Shown here: positions 35,197-48,411 of the stretch, piece after piece
Numbering within the stretch: the first letter of the stretch is position 1
Layout of the letters: the number at the start of each line of letters is the position of its first letter
Assembly: GCA_965287045.1 (NCBI GenBank)
Contig: OZ336872.1
Span: forward strand, 119,350,001 to 119,414,000
DNA from: Carcharhinus amblyrhynchos
Lineage: Eukaryota
Length of the DNA stretch: 64,000 nucleotides
Direction: 5' to 3'
Position numbers and translations under genes: made by a program
The notes under the pieces: model-generated
Database searches by the model: none
Seen by the model: only the letters and a program-made list of their open reading frames with translations
Told to the model about the DNA's origin: nothing

Positions 35197-35666
35197 TATT
35201 TTAAGAAGTTCCTCCCTCTCATTCTCTTGCTTTGCAACTAATTCATGGGATGCTTTTGCTGTGAAGATGCGTATAAAATACTTGTTCAAAATGTCTGCCA
35301 TTTCCTTAATTCCCATTATGAACTCTCCAGTCTCACTCCTTATGTGACCAGTGTTCACTTCAGCTGTTCTTTTTTTTATATACTTGGAGAAGCTTTTACC
35401 ATCTGTTTTTATATTTCTTGCTTGTATTTTTCTGCACACTCCAATTACTATTATATCTCTATTATTTTTGTATTTTTTCTTTGTTGATTTCTAAAATGAT
35501 CCCAATCTTCTGGACGTAGGGAGATGGGTGAAGGGGTAAGATAAGGGCAGGTGGAAAGCAGAAAGAGAAATAAAAGTGAAATAAGGAATGGGAAATAGAA
35601 TTGTGAATATTTTAATATACTTAAGTAGATATCTAGGATTTTCATTGTGTACCTTGGAAATTTAGG

Positions 35667-35785
35667 GGAGAATTTGCCCATCCAGCCCGAGATGACAATC
35701 GTCACAGATGAGGAGCGGGCCATGCAAAGGTCCGTTGACCTCGAGTGGGATTTTGGGGTGAGGGCAGCCAGAAAATCCCACCCAT
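35667..35785 (-). mobile_element. MITE-like element
   Basis: GGGGAGAATTTGCC...GAAAATCCCACCC. Confidence 0.65.
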
Positions 35786-35877
35786 TATGCTTTTCCAAAA
35801 TATTCTTCTATTGCAGTTTCATTGTGCGCTGTTACATTTTTAAAAAAATAAATCCAGGATAGGGACATTAATGGAAA

Positions 35878-36158
35878 GTGGTTAGCACTGCTGCCTCACA
35901 GCATCAGGGACGCAGGTTCAATTAAGGCCTCAGCTGACTGTCTGTGTGGAGTTTGCACATTCTCCCTGTGTCTGCATGGGTTTCCTCCAGGTGCTCTGGG
36001 TTTCCTCCCACAGTCCAAAGATGTGTGGGGTAGGTTGATTGGCCGTGCAGAATAAATAAATGGGGTTGTGGGGATAGGGTCTGGATGGGATTGTTGTCAC
36101 TGCAGGCTCAATGGGCCAAATGGCCTCTTTTGCACTGTAGGGATTCTGTTCTATTCTA
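35878..36158 (+). mobile_element. HE1-type V-SINE
   Basis: Head, V-domain, CR1 tail. Confidence 0.9.
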
Positions 36159-37339
36159 GGATTTAAATTTCCATTCTTTTAAGTACTAACAGTAGTTTGT
36201 GCTTTTTCCCCTATGGTCTAACTTGCTCTTGCACTATTTATTCTCTTATTAAAACACAATGATTTATAGTGATAGCCACCTTTGGTAATGCACTGACATT
36301 ATAATGTCTTGTATTTAAACATGGTGTAATGTTTTGCAAGATATTACCGTAGGACAATTAAGAAATTGTAACCAGTTTATCGAGATGATAAAATGGCCTC
36401 AATGGAGAAATTATGAAAATAATTACTTAAAACAAAAAGTAATACTTCTTCAGCTTTATTGTTTTCCTGCCAGTTTTGCCCTGCTCTCCTGAAAGCATTA
36501 AACACATGCCTGGGCTTCCATGTGGTCTTGAGTGCTTTGCCCAGATAACAGGTCGTGTGTGTCAATGATTATCTCTGGGTGGCACCGTAGTGAAACCTAT
36601 TCCTGTTCATCAATGAAGGAGTACAAGCAGAGCTTGAGCAACAGTGATCAGAAATGGGGAAACCTCATCAAGTTCTCCATCCAAGGGTATTGAGTCAATT
36701 ATAACATGTCTACTGTCACCCTTGACTGAGATTAGTAAACTCAGCACAGAACAAGGTTTGAACAGGGGAATTTCAGGCTATATACCCCTTGACTACTTAC
36801 TGACTGGTTCAGCTGAGTCTTCAGGGAAGCTGTTTTCTTGGTATTTTCATATAAATTGGTGAACCGCCTTCATCGTTTCGCAGAGATAAAGATTTTATTT
36901 ATCAAATCTAAGTTGTGCCGCGTGTAGGTAATTTGCATACAGTATGTGGGTTCTCATCAAGTCTCTGTCAGGAACTAGGCCAGAGTCCTGCTGTAATGGA
37001 CCTTGCAAGAATGGGAGGGAGAATGCAGCCTCCGAGCACATGAAAACTTGTAATTGTAAAATAAATGTTCTGGATGCTCCTGATACGCCCACCCTTCTGA
37101 AAGCAGTTATACAGATTCCGCTGCAAACAGGCCTCTGGGATCCTCACTTCCACTCAGAATAGGCCTTCCTGATGACCAATGTCAAAAGAGAGCCTTGTCT
37201 GCTCCAATTTCACCAGAAAAACTAGTGGAAAGCACCATGTAGTCTATAGATTAAGAACAGCACAAATTTGCCAGCTATGTCTCATCCACTTGCTCGATGT
37301 GATGGAAGGAGCATACACAAGACAGATTTGAAATGAGCC

Positions 37340-37650
37340 ATGGAATTGCCATAGGGCAGAAGGAGGCCATTGGGCTGATCAAGCCTGCATCAACGACAAT
37401 CTCAACTAGGCCTTATCCCCATAATCCCATGTATTTACCCTGCTAATCCTTCTGACCCTAAGGGGCAATTTAGCATGGCCAATCAACCTAACCTGCACAT
37501 CTTTGGACTATGGGAGGAAACCAGAGCACCCAGAGGAAACCACGCAGGCATGGGGGGCAATGTGCAAACTCCACACAGAAGTGACCCGAAGCTGGAACTG
37601 AACCCACGTCCCTGGTGCTGTGAGGCAGATGTGCTCGCCATCATGTCGCC
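37340..37650 (-). mobile_element. HE1-type V-SINE
   Basis: Full-length on minus strand. Confidence 0.88.
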
Positions 37651-37699
37651 CGTGCTTTGGTTCCTGCAGTACAATAGTGACTACACTTAAAAAGCTCTG

Positions 37700-37965
37700 C
37701 AGGAAACCCACGAGGAGAATGTGCAAACTCATAGAAACATAGAAAATAGAAGCAGGAGAGGGCCATTCAGCTCTTTAAATCTGTTCAGCCATGATCGTTT
37801 TGATCATGGCTGAACATCAAAAACAATATCCTAATCCTGCCTTACTTCCATATTTCTTGAACCCTTTAGCTTCCAGAGCTATATCTGACTCCACACAGAC
37901 AGTCACCCAAGGCTGGAATTGAACCCAAGTCCCTGGTGTGTGAGGCAGCGCTAACCACCATGTCG
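37700..37965 (-). mobile_element. V-SINE 5' half interrupted by CR1 3' fragment (37731-37887)
   Basis: SINE sequence GTGCAAACTC|CACACAGAC split, with ACTC duplicated around the CR1 tail insert. Confidence 0.82.
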
Positions 37966-39774
37966 TCAGTGATAGTGAGTGAACGCGCTTTCAAAAGAAG
38001 TGAACTCCAGCATTTACAGAGTTAAAATCCTCATTTGGTTGCACTGTGTTTGGAAGAAAGCACAAGTTGTGCAGTAATGGCCAGCAGTGGCTCATCTTAC
38101 AGCAGCTACAGATATAAACCCGTGACAAATGTCAATGCATTTCACACGTGAAGCAAAAGGACTCTCACTTGAAGGAAAATATCCCTTTTCTGGAGGTGTA
38201 TTAATCATTCACATATCCATGTGCTCCCATAAGTTCCCAGTAATATGTGATCAGGTGGGCATTTCTTGCTCAAATATTTCAAGAGTTAGTTGCAATAAAT
38301 CCAAAACATGAGGACTGATGAAGGCAAACTTTCTTGTGGATCTTCAACTTTAAGAGATATGTTTGGGGTGGTTTTTGAAGGTATATTGTGGATAAATTGT
38401 GTTTTATGTTGTTTGATTGAAATACTGAAAGTCCTTGTCCTATAACCCTGCATGATTACCAGTCCATCTGGTTAAATAATCACGTTATCCTAATGTGTTG
38501 CCCACCTACCCTCTTCCCCCAAGTACTTAACAGTAAATCTTAACAGTTCTTGTCCACAGTTTACACTAAATGCTCAATCTCAACACATAGGCTCCAGTTT
38601 CTATGAGCTGCTTGATCTCGGAAAGTATCGTGTTTCTCCCCGCCGCTTGATCCTTCCAACATCTCTTTCATGCTTGGTCGCTTTTACAAGGCGTAGTTTG
38701 CTGTGGTAACAGAGATTACAGGGAATCAAACAGGTAAGGCCTCAGGCAGTGTGGAGACGGACCAGGCCTAAATTGGACGCGCAGGGTTGCTGAATTATCC
38801 CCATTCGCTTCCTGAACCTCCAGTCACAACCGTGGCACAAATTGCCATGTAGTCTATCGCTCTGACAGTCAGTGCTATCCTGAGGCTATACATGATACAC
38901 ACCAAAATAATGTATTATATACTGAGTGATATTAACCTCAATAATTAAACTGTAAACATGATTGATAACCTTGCTTTCACCCATGATTTTCAAGATATTT
39001 ATTCGACAGTAAGAGCAGCTGGAGAAAATTTGCTGTGAAAGATTTTCTCCTTAAGGGGAAAAAAAAAGCTTCAGAGTTACATCTTTGACAATATGGACAG
39101 TACTGTGTAATTCCGTTTGGTATTTTTCTGTTTCACAGAATCATCTTGTGCTACTCTTGCTAATAACTCTTTAAAAAAAAACTCGCCGTTACCTTCCTTT
39201 CCTCTTTAACTTCTATTTTTAGATCTCCTTACATCTCAAATTGCTTGCTAACTGCAAAGGGGGCGAGAAGTGCAGCCTGCTTCGAGCCTCCGACAACCGT
39301 TCCTTTATAATTGGCTATTACAGATATAAGCCGCTTATGAAGAGGTGGTAGCTTACCCATTTATTTCCCCTCCCCCCAGAGTTGGATGATATCTTTGCTC
39401 TGCCAGTGAGCACCGCCCCCACCCCCACCATCACTACCACCACTGCCCTGTCCTGACTCAGATTGGAAACTCACCTTGTAGGGAAATTGCAAACTAGACC
39501 ATGCAGTCTGCTATCTCAAGGTGGAATGCGTGACCTCCAGTAGTGTGCTCACAGTACGTTGGTAAGAAATTTGTGATGTGATTGTATGGTAAGGATCACC
39601 ATTCGATCATGTGGATGCAGAGGAAAGGACAGGAAAAGGTTAACTTGCTCTTCCCTCAGCTTATTCGCATGGTTAATGCCACTGTGGGCAGAAAGTACGT
39701 CGCTGTATAATGCTTCCATCACACTACTCCTGATTGACAAGGATTTTCTCAAGAAACCTTTCAGTTTCTCAAAG

Positions 39775-40110
39775 AAACATAGAAACTAGAAGCAGGAATA
39801 GGCCATTCGAGCCTGCTCCACCATTCATTTTGATCATGGCTGATCATCAAATTCAACAGCCTGACTCCCCCAACACCCCACCGCCACCCCCCCCCCCCCC
39901 CCCCCACCACGTCCCTTGATCCCTTTTGCCCCAAGAGCTATATCTAATTCCTTCCTGAAATCAGACAACATTTCGTTCTCAACTTTTTTCTATGATAGTG
40001 AATTCCACCCATTTACCACCCTCTGGGTGAAGAAATTTCTCCTCACCTCAGTTCTAAAAGGTTTGCCTCTTGTCCTCAAACTATGACCCCTATTTCTGGA
40101 GTCCCCCTGG
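39775..40110 (-). mobile_element. CR1 3' fragment
   Basis: rc of ...FFTQRVVN..W.. and 3'UTR with CATAGAAAC tail. Confidence 0.88.
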
Positions 40111-40534
40111 GACTCTCAGAGGTTCTGAACGTGTAGATTTTGTAGGATATACAGTAGAGAAACAGGCCATTCAGCCCAACCAGCCTTTTCCAGCAGGAAA
40201 GTAAACTGGCAAAGTCAAGATTCCTCTTCAAAATCTAACTCAAGTCATTTGTTTTTGCTCAGTCAGTCATTCAAATGATACCTCTTTGGAGAAATGTAAT
40301 AAAATATCTGTCAGTCCTTTCTCTAAATCTTGGCAATTCACCCCTAGTTGAAGGCCAGGATTAGGACTGGTGCTGAAAGCTACATGATCTGCAGTTTAAT
40401 AAAGGAATGGTTCTTTTCATGTGTTAGTTTTCCTTTTAACAAGTGCAGTATTAAAACAAATCTCTATATCTATATACACATGTCCTGAAATTGCTCATGC
40501 TATGACCCTGACAAATAAAAGATAAAATCACCGT

Positions 40535-40745
40535 ACTACTGGATGACCATAGGCTGCTCTCCTTGTTAAGGGGGAAGAGCTGACTGGTGATGATTTAACC
40601 TGAGGATCACCACACCTCGGACGAGAGGCAAGGTAGTGAACGTTCATGAATAGTCTCGGCCAATACGGGAATTGAACCCAAGCTTTTGACATCACTCTGC
40701 ATCACCAACCAACTGCCCAGCCAACTGAGCAACACTGACCCCCTA
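40535..40745 (-). mobile_element. tRNA-derived SINE of a distinct family
   Basis: rc shows TGCTCAGTTGG A box, GGGTTCAATTCC B box and core GAGGTGTGGTGATCCTCAGGTTAAATCA. Confidence 0.7.
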
Positions 40746-41349
40746 CCCTGGCAAATATCCTGGGACCATGCTGGAGATCTTCACTGCTTTTCCTGTCGAA
40801 GTATCCGGGATGAACAAATGGCAGCTCTTTCTGAGCACGCATGCCACATCCCTGTATCCACCAAACACTGGAAAATGTAACCTTGGCTATCCAAGTCAGA
40901 AGGAATGTTGGTTTTCCCCCACTTCACCCCCCAGAAATATTCTGTTGCTGATTACTGGAAAAGAACTTTAGGGAAAAAAAAACTTGATCCCCTTTTAGGA
41001 TTCAGACTTAAATCACAGCCCAGATCCATAAGTGCAACATACTTCTGCCATTGAAGCAGTTATTGTTGCCTCTTCTCAGCATACAAGCTGCCAAGAAGCA
41101 TCCAGTGGTGCAAAGAGGCCAGGGAAATGGGTACATCCGCTCTTATCTGAAGTTGGAGGGACACCAACATTAGATTAGGACCCAGCATTTGTGAGTCACA
41201 GAAGCATTTAGGGTCCTTCCAGTACAGCTATGCTGGGACTACACCTACAGAACTGAGGATATTTAGTCCCACAGTGTCTAATGTATGTCTACGTGGCATG
41301 TACCACACTTCAGTGTCAACCCTTTCAATGCTGATTCTTTTATTCTGTT

Positions 41350-41653
41350 TCCATGAGTGCAAAAAGAGGCTATTCAGCTTATTGAGTCTGCACCAACAAC
41401 AATCTCATCCAGGCCCTATCCCCATAAACCCAACTATTTACTTTGTTAATCTTCCTGACACTAAGGGTCAATTCAGCATAACCAGTCTAATCCACACATA
41501 TTTGGACTGTGGGAGGAAACTGGAGAGCTGGAGCAAAACCACGCAGATCCAGGGAGAATGTGCAAACTCCACACAGTCACATGAGGCTGGAATTGAACCC
41601 AGGTCTCTGGCACCATGAGACAGCAGTACTAACCACAGCACCACTGTGCCACC
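41350..41653 (-). mobile_element. HE1-type V-SINE
   Basis: rc of head, V-domain and tail. Confidence 0.87.
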
Positions 41654-41659
41654 CGTGCT

Positions 41660-42030
41660 TCATTTCTTTCAGTACAACAGTAACTACTTACCAAGTTCCT
41701 TGTTGGCTGTAAAATCCATAGAAATGTCTCGGGGTTGTGAAAGATGTGATATAAAAGTTTCTTATTATCGTACAGCATGGTTTCACAAATTCAGTTTGGA
41801 TGGATTATCCAGGCGTTTTGCTAGGGTTAGTTCAGGGATAAATTGTTGTTATGACATTTTCACCTCCCAGGAATGCAATGGGATCTCTTACACCCACCTG
41901 AAAAAGCAGATGGCCTAACATCTTATCTGAAAGACACCCCCTCGGTACATACTGAAGAAGCAATGGTTTGGTCCCATAACCTTCTGACTCAAAACCAAAA
42001 GAGTTACACGTGAACCACTGGTTGACTGAA
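41660..42030 (-). mobile_element. Deu-SINE relic
   Basis: 'atgggatctcttacacccacctga...gcagatggcc...catcttatctgaaagac' matches 2815-2890. Confidence 0.55.
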
Positions 42031-42091
42031 TAAATGAAAATAATAAACAAAGAAAAGGGGGAAAAGGAAAGATAGAGGAGGGAGAGAAATA

Positions 42092-42219
42092 TGGATGGGA
42101 TTTTCCAGCTGCACTCACCCCAAGACCAGAAATTCCCGCCCGAGGTCAATGGACCTTTGCATGATCCTGTCCCGCCTGCGACAATTTCTGTGGTGTGCGG
42201 GATGGAAAAATTCCACCCA
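42092..42219 (+). mobile_element. MITE-like element
   Basis: GGATGGGATTTTCC...GGAAAAATTCCACCC. Confidence 0.72.
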
Positions 42220-42817
42220 TGGAAAATGAGAGTAAGAAAAGTGACCAAGGAAAATAATAGATATATTTCTCAAAATAGCTCAGTCTAAAAGTAGCTTTTT
42301 GGATCCATACTATGAGTTGACAAATAAATTACACTGCCACAAATGAAGTAATCGGGATAAATCTGATTTCTAAGGAGTTTATCTTAATCTGTTTCAGGAA
42401 AATCTCTAACTGCTTTCTACATTGCAATCAACCTCATTGACAACTAGTTCAGGCAGTCTGGTGTGAATAGCATTTGTTTTGTAAGGCCAGTTTGTGTTTT
42501 ATGTTCTAATTAATCAGTGCTGACACTGAGCCACATCCTGCCTCCTCCTTCATTAGTTTAATTACCTATTTATATGGATGAGGCTCTTTGCTCCATGCAT
42601 CTCATTAACGCATTAACATGTTTGCATAACAAACAGTTTTGCTATTGTTAGTGCACCACAAGGCACTTGTATTTAGGTGCCTGCGGTGGCATATTACATG
42701 TGTTATAATCAATTTAAATCACCTAATTTATTCTGTTATTTTTGCAATAAGTGTGTTTTATCTAAAGGAACACTGGTATTCGCACCCATTCCTTGGTTGA
42801 GGAGATCTGCATGTGCG

Positions 42818-42915
42818 TTCCAAAGAAGAGTTGAACTGGACTCGGGGTTAACTCTGTTTCTTGCTCCACAGTTGCTGCCAGACCTGCTGAGTTTTCTCAG
42901 CATGTTCTGTTTCTT
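42818..42915 (+). mobile_element. Decayed terminus of a second Penelope-like family
   Basis: CCAAAGAA-GAGT..ACTC hammerhead-like relic then CTCCACAG.TGCTGCCAGACCTGCTGAG; rc homologue at 55097-55196. Confidence 0.5.
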
Positions 42916-43854
42916 CTATCTTATCTATTCCCTTCATTATCTTATATGTTTCTATAAGATCTCCCTTCCATTCTTCTGAATTACAATGAGTGCAAAAGGA
43001 GGCCATTTGAACCATCGAGTCTGCACCGACTCACTGACAGATCATCCCACCCAGGCCCTATCCCCACAAGAGAGACAAATAAAATCCAAGCTGACAAGAT
43101 AAGGCATTGAATCCCATCTGACGTTTGGTCCTAGCTAAAAGGGCGCAAAGCAATACATCATTTTACTTGATGTAAACAAAATGTATTCCCAGCCTCTCTA
43201 CATTCTGGAATGTGAGAAAGACCCACAGAGCTTCCCCTTTAACAAGCCTTGACTGCGAGCATGTGGGCCTCTGCTTTCGTCTTGCTTCTCCCTACGGAAA
43301 ACTGGGGCTTGATTCCCTGTTGAGTCCCCATTCTGGAGGTTGGTCACATGAACTAACAGTCAGACATCACAATTACAATTGAACAACCCTCAACTTTGAA
43401 ATGATCTTTGTGTTAAGCTCATCGGGAGGGACTCCCTCCTCCCTGTGGTGTGGATATTTGTTGAGTTGCTGAATTGTGCTAACAAGATCTCCATTGCTCT
43501 CTTATTCCCGAGCATCTTGCGTATCAAGAGCCAGCCTCTTAGCAGAAATTCAGAAAATACCTGCAGTCCTGTCCTATCATTTCATACTTGGGCAAATCCA
43601 CTTTATTTTAGCTTCTAACTCTTAAAAATAATTTATTTTCCTCCCCATATCTTTTCTGTGAGAAATGGTGAAAGAATCTGGAATTGTGACAGGCAGTATT
43701 CCAGACTTTTGGCACCAATCAAAGGTGACAAGCCAACCATGTCCTAGAGACAACAGTCTACTACTTATTCAGGAGTTATCAAGAAGGGCTTTTAATACTT
43801 TACAAATGAAAATTATTAGATTGTCAAGCCTAACCAGAGTCCTTGCATCCACTT

Positions 43855-44118
43855 ATTTTAAAGTTTATTATTGTCACAGGTAGGCTTACATTGACACGGC
43901 ACTGAAGTTACAGTGAAAATTCCCTAGTCGCTACACTCCGGCGCCAGTTCAGATACACTGAGGGAGAATTTAGCATGGCCAGTGCTCCTACCCAGCATGT
44001 CTTCTGGATTGTGAGAAGAAACCAGAGCACCTAGAGGAAACTCACACAGACACGGAGAGAACATGCAAACTACACACAGACAGTGACTGAAGCCAGGAAT
44101 TGAACCCGGATCCCTGGA
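43855..44118 (-). mobile_element. V-SINE, type-B tail
   Basis: rc of V-domain and type-B tail. Confidence 0.87.
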
Positions 44119-44402
44119 ATACTTATAAACATGTCCGAACTGGAATGTTAGTTCTAGTCACACGTACAGAATATGGACTAAGTTCAAATCAACAATGGTT
44201 TTGCTTTAATCCAGATTTAAAGTGGCCAGCTACATTTTAAATGACACATGAACTTTCTGATTGTGAAGCTCCTTTTGCCATGGAAAGGTGGTGGTTAAGC
44301 ATGCTGTGGGGAGACCATGAAGAAGCAGGTGGAGTCCTGGGGACACGTTACATTCGGAGCACTTTACATAAGGAAAAGAACCTAAAAATCAAACAAAGAT
44401 AA

Positions 44403-44535
44403 TGGGCAGGATTTTATATTCTCACTCATCCCAAAACCATAAAATCCCACCTGAAGTCAACAGAGTTTTCCATTACTTGCCCCCCTCATCCACTCCAATT
44501 TCCCGTGGCGGGCAGGGCAGTAAAATTTCGGCCTA
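44403..44535 (+). mobile_element. MITE-like element
   Basis: GGGCAGGATTTTA...TAAAATTTCGGCC. Confidence 0.7.
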
Positions 44536-44719
44536 TATCCTCATTCTCTGTCTCTCTCTTTTGTATCTATTTTAAGACTATTGCTTAAGTTCTGTCCCTG
44601 TATGACGGTCTCATAATAGATAAAATTTTGACATGATTAAATATAATGGAAATCATCTTTTCAAAATTAAAAAAAAGTTACTTAGTATTTTGCAAAAAGT
44701 ATGCAATGCTCATATAAAT

Positions 44720-45013
44720 AGGCACAATGGTTAGCACTGCTGCCTCACAGTGCCAGGGACCTGGATTTGATTCTAGCCTTGGGTGACCATGTGGAGTTTT
44801 CACGTTCTCCCAGTGCCTGCGTGGGTTTCCTCTGGGTGCTTGGTTTCTTCCCACAGTCCAAAGATGTGTAGGTTAGATGGACTAACCATGATAATAGACA
44901 GGGTTATGGGAATAGGGTGGAACTGGGCCTGGGTAAGATGCTCTTTTGGTGAGTTGGTGCAGCCTTAATGGGCTGAATGGGCTCCTTCTGCACTGTAGTG
45001 ATTTGATGGATTC
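44720..45013 (+). mobile_element. HE1-type V-SINE
   Basis: Head, V-domain, CR1 tail. Confidence 0.88.
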
Positions 45014-46544
45014 TGTGAAATAAATTCCAAGGTGGTGATCTTCATTTGCATTAATATTACCAGCCCAGCTCAGAACAGAGTACAAATGTGGGAAGATTTT
45101 GACGTTGCTATGTCTATGAACGTATAAACTTATTCCACCCTCACGGACATAAGTACGACCTACAGTAGGAGAAGGTTTTATTGCTATGATGGAATTAAAC
45201 CACAGATAACAGAGATCAGAGCAGGTGCAACACTGTGAAAAAAGGTGCATTACATTGCACATAAATAAAAATAAAAGATAGCAGCTTCCTGGCAGCCAGC
45301 CAAAGTCAGAATGTCATGCTTTATCACTCTCTAATATTCTGCTCTGCATGATTAGTTTGGTATTGATACTGCCACTGTGAACACTGACTCTCTATTACTA
45401 AGAAAGACCTTTTGCTTTTCTTTCAGACAATCATTAACTGAGCACAGTGCTTATTACATTTACTGATTTGATTAACTATTACGTCACTTGAAGCCAGCAC
45501 TATTAAACAATCTTTATTGACGTTTAAATGGCTCAGGAGAAGCTCATTCCCTTGTAGAATGGACAACAAAAAGTTGAGATCAGAGAAGCAGGAAATGAAC
45601 TGTTCAGTGAGGTGCACAATTCCATTGATATAACATGAAGTACCCCCTATCTCTTTAACAGCAAAGGCTCCCTCAGTACCAATTCAATCCCTCTGCCAGC
45701 TACAGCTTTAATCCTGCAACTGGCTTCTTAACGCAGAAGTTTAATCTTTCTGGTTGCAGGTTTGTGGGAAGAATGATTTAGATTATTGCAACAAGTATTG
45801 AGGCGCAACACTTATTGCACTGAGAACTCTTTCAGATTTGTCACACTTAAACACGCAACATTGACAGACTGGTGGGTGGATGGCACAGTATGTTGCTGGA
45901 GGAATGTGCTGTGCCACATTGGGCAGCAGCATAGGTGCTCCCCCATGTGGTTGGCCCATGAAGCAGAGCTGTGTGCGGTATCAAAAGTCGAAGGAATGGT
46001 TTCCCCTGAGAAAAGGGTTTATGGTGGGGGTGGTGGGGAATGGAGGGTAACAGGAACCCACTCTTGGATCAGCGGCAGCATTAATAAGTGAATTGATTAT
46101 CCTTCCAGTTAGGGTGTTTGGGAGATGTCTGGTGCAGGAATAGAAATACCTGTGGATTGGAATGTGGGAAGGCAATATTACACCTATGAGATTTCCTTCC
46201 AAAGTTTCAGTTTATCAATTCGTAATCAGATTCATGGATCGGAAACTGTGTGATTGTTGCCTCGAGAATGAGACAATCATCAATTGGATTCAATCAATTT
46301 TTGGACAAGTACCAAAATAAATATTTCTCTTTTTTTCTCCTGCAATAAATAGATTGTAGAAATGACTATTGGTGATATTAGCTATGGGTACTCACACATT
46401 TTAAAATCATTCTTCTGTTCACTATTTGAACAGAGGTAATAACTAGTCAGCAATAGTTTCTACACTCCCTTGTTCTTCTCTGAGTTGGATCTCAGTGTCT
46501 TAGCAATCATGAAATTTGCAGCTTAAATGTACTGAAAATGATGT

Positions 46545-47703
46545 CTGGATCCACTACAATTCAACTGCCACCACGACAGGTCCACAGTAGATGCCTTCTT
46601 CCTGGCCCTACACTCAACCCTGGAATACCTAGACAACTAAGACACCTATGTCAGAGTCTTATTTATTGACTACAGCTCAGCTGTCAACATCATTATTTCT
46701 ACAAAACTCATCTTCAAACTCTGTGGCCTGGGGCTCAGCTCCTCCCTCTGCAACTGGATCCCAGACTTCCTAACCCACAGACCACAATCAGTAAGGATAG
46801 ACAACAACACCTCTTCCACAAACATCCTCAACACCGGTGCCCCATAAGGCTTTGTCCTCAGCTCCTTACTATACTGATGACACCACTGTAGTGGGTCGTA
46901 CCTCAAACAATGACAAGATGGAATACAGGAAAGAGATAGTAAATCTGGTGAACTGGTGCGACGATAATAACCTCTCCCTCAATATCAACAAAATGAAGGA
47001 CATAGTCATTGATTTCAGGAAGTGTTGTGGAGGAAGTGCCCTGTCTACATCAACAGGGATGAAGTGGAAATGGTCAAGAGCTTCAAGTTTCTCAGTGTCC
47101 AGAACACCAACAACCTCTCCTGGTCCCTCCACACCGAGGCTATAATCAAGAAAGCACACCAACACCTCTACTTTCTCAGAAGACTGAGGAAATTTGGCAT
47201 GTCAGCCACGACTCTCACTAACTTTTACAGCTGCACCATAGAAAGCATTCTTTCTGGTTGTACCACAGCTTGGTATGGCTCCTGCTCTGTCCAAGACTGC
47301 AAAAAACTACAAAGGATCGTGAACGAAGCCCAATCCATTACGCAAACCAACCTCCCTTCCACTGACTCTGTCTAAACTTCCTGCTGCCTTGGAAAAGCAG
47401 CCAACATAATCAAGGACCCGTGCACCCCGAACATTCTCTCTTCTACCTTTTTACATCAGGAAAAAGATACAGGTCTGAGGACATGTATCAACCGACTCAA
47501 GAACAGCTTTTTCCCTGCTGCCATCAGACTTTTGAATGGACCTACCTCGTATTAAAAGTGATCTTTCACTACACCCTGTAACACTACATTCAGCACCCTC
47601 TTTTTTCCTTTTCTATGTACAGTATGTACTGTCTGTATAGTGCACAAGAAACAATACTTTTCACTGTATATTAATAATGTAACAATAATTAATCAAATCA
47701 AAT
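46545..47703 (+). mobile_element. Rex1/Babar-clade LINE, 5'-truncated with frameshifts
   Basis: YTDDTTVVG..LVNWCDDNNLSLNINKMKDIVIDFRK; HLYFLRRLRKFGMS..FYSCTIESILSGC.TAWYG; (ATCAA)n tail. Confidence 0.92.
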
Positions 47704-47704
47704 G

Positions 47705-47945
47705 CCAGTTCTGCCCTATTTCTATAACCCTGTGCATTACCATGGCTAATCCACCTAACCTACTCATCTTAAGAAACTAAAGGGCAATTTAGCATGGCCA
47801 ATCCACCTAACCTGCACATCTTTGGACCATGGGAGGAAACCCACACAAACACTGGGAGAACTGGCAAACGCCACACAGTCACCCAGGGCTAGAATCGAAC
47901 CCAGGACCCTGGCACTGTGAGGCAGCAGTGCTAACCATTGTGCCA
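47705..47945 (-). mobile_element. HE1-type V-SINE (tail truncated at the Rex1 end)
   Basis: rc of head and V-domain. Confidence 0.85.
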
Positions 47946-48411
47946 ACTTATATGGGCATCGGATACTTGTTGCAAAATACTGAGTAGCTTTTCTTAATTT
48001 AGAGGTTCAACTAAACTTAATGTGAATAATCATAGGGGCAAACTCTCCCCTGAATCAGTACAATCAGGCACTGTAATAAATAGAATGTAATTGTTACTAT
48101 TTTCTTACCATTAAAACACTTTCCTTGATTGATGTGTGAGTATTTAAGACTGGTGCACTTATAAAAATACAGCTGAGAAAGAGTTGATCAACAAAACAAT
48201 AGCATTTCAAATAAGGATGTTCAGTTCACACTTTATTTTGAGATCAGGAAAAGTTATTTGAATGACTACATTGAATAATTTAATTGTTTCATTGGTGTAA
48301 TGAATGAGTTCCTCAGTGAATTAATATTTGTTTGACGTGAAAAATTTTTAACACTTGCTTGCTCACGCCTACATAAACATTAGGGCAACTTGAAGTGCCT
48401 TTTCAAACTCC

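Larger units (their letters stand above)
32660..35515 (-). mobile_element. Old fragmented CR1 ORF2 interrupted by younger insertions
   Basis: Colinear minus-strand pieces: KTDGKSFSKYIKK..MADILNKYF (35143-35439), GKMLESFI..QSQHGFVKRKLCL (34426-34635), IDRLSEGTKKWRMEY (33316-33498). Confidence 0.8.

Noticed and set aside
39870-39910. Poly-proline ORF end
   Set aside because: Poly-C expansion inside a CR1 3' fragment.
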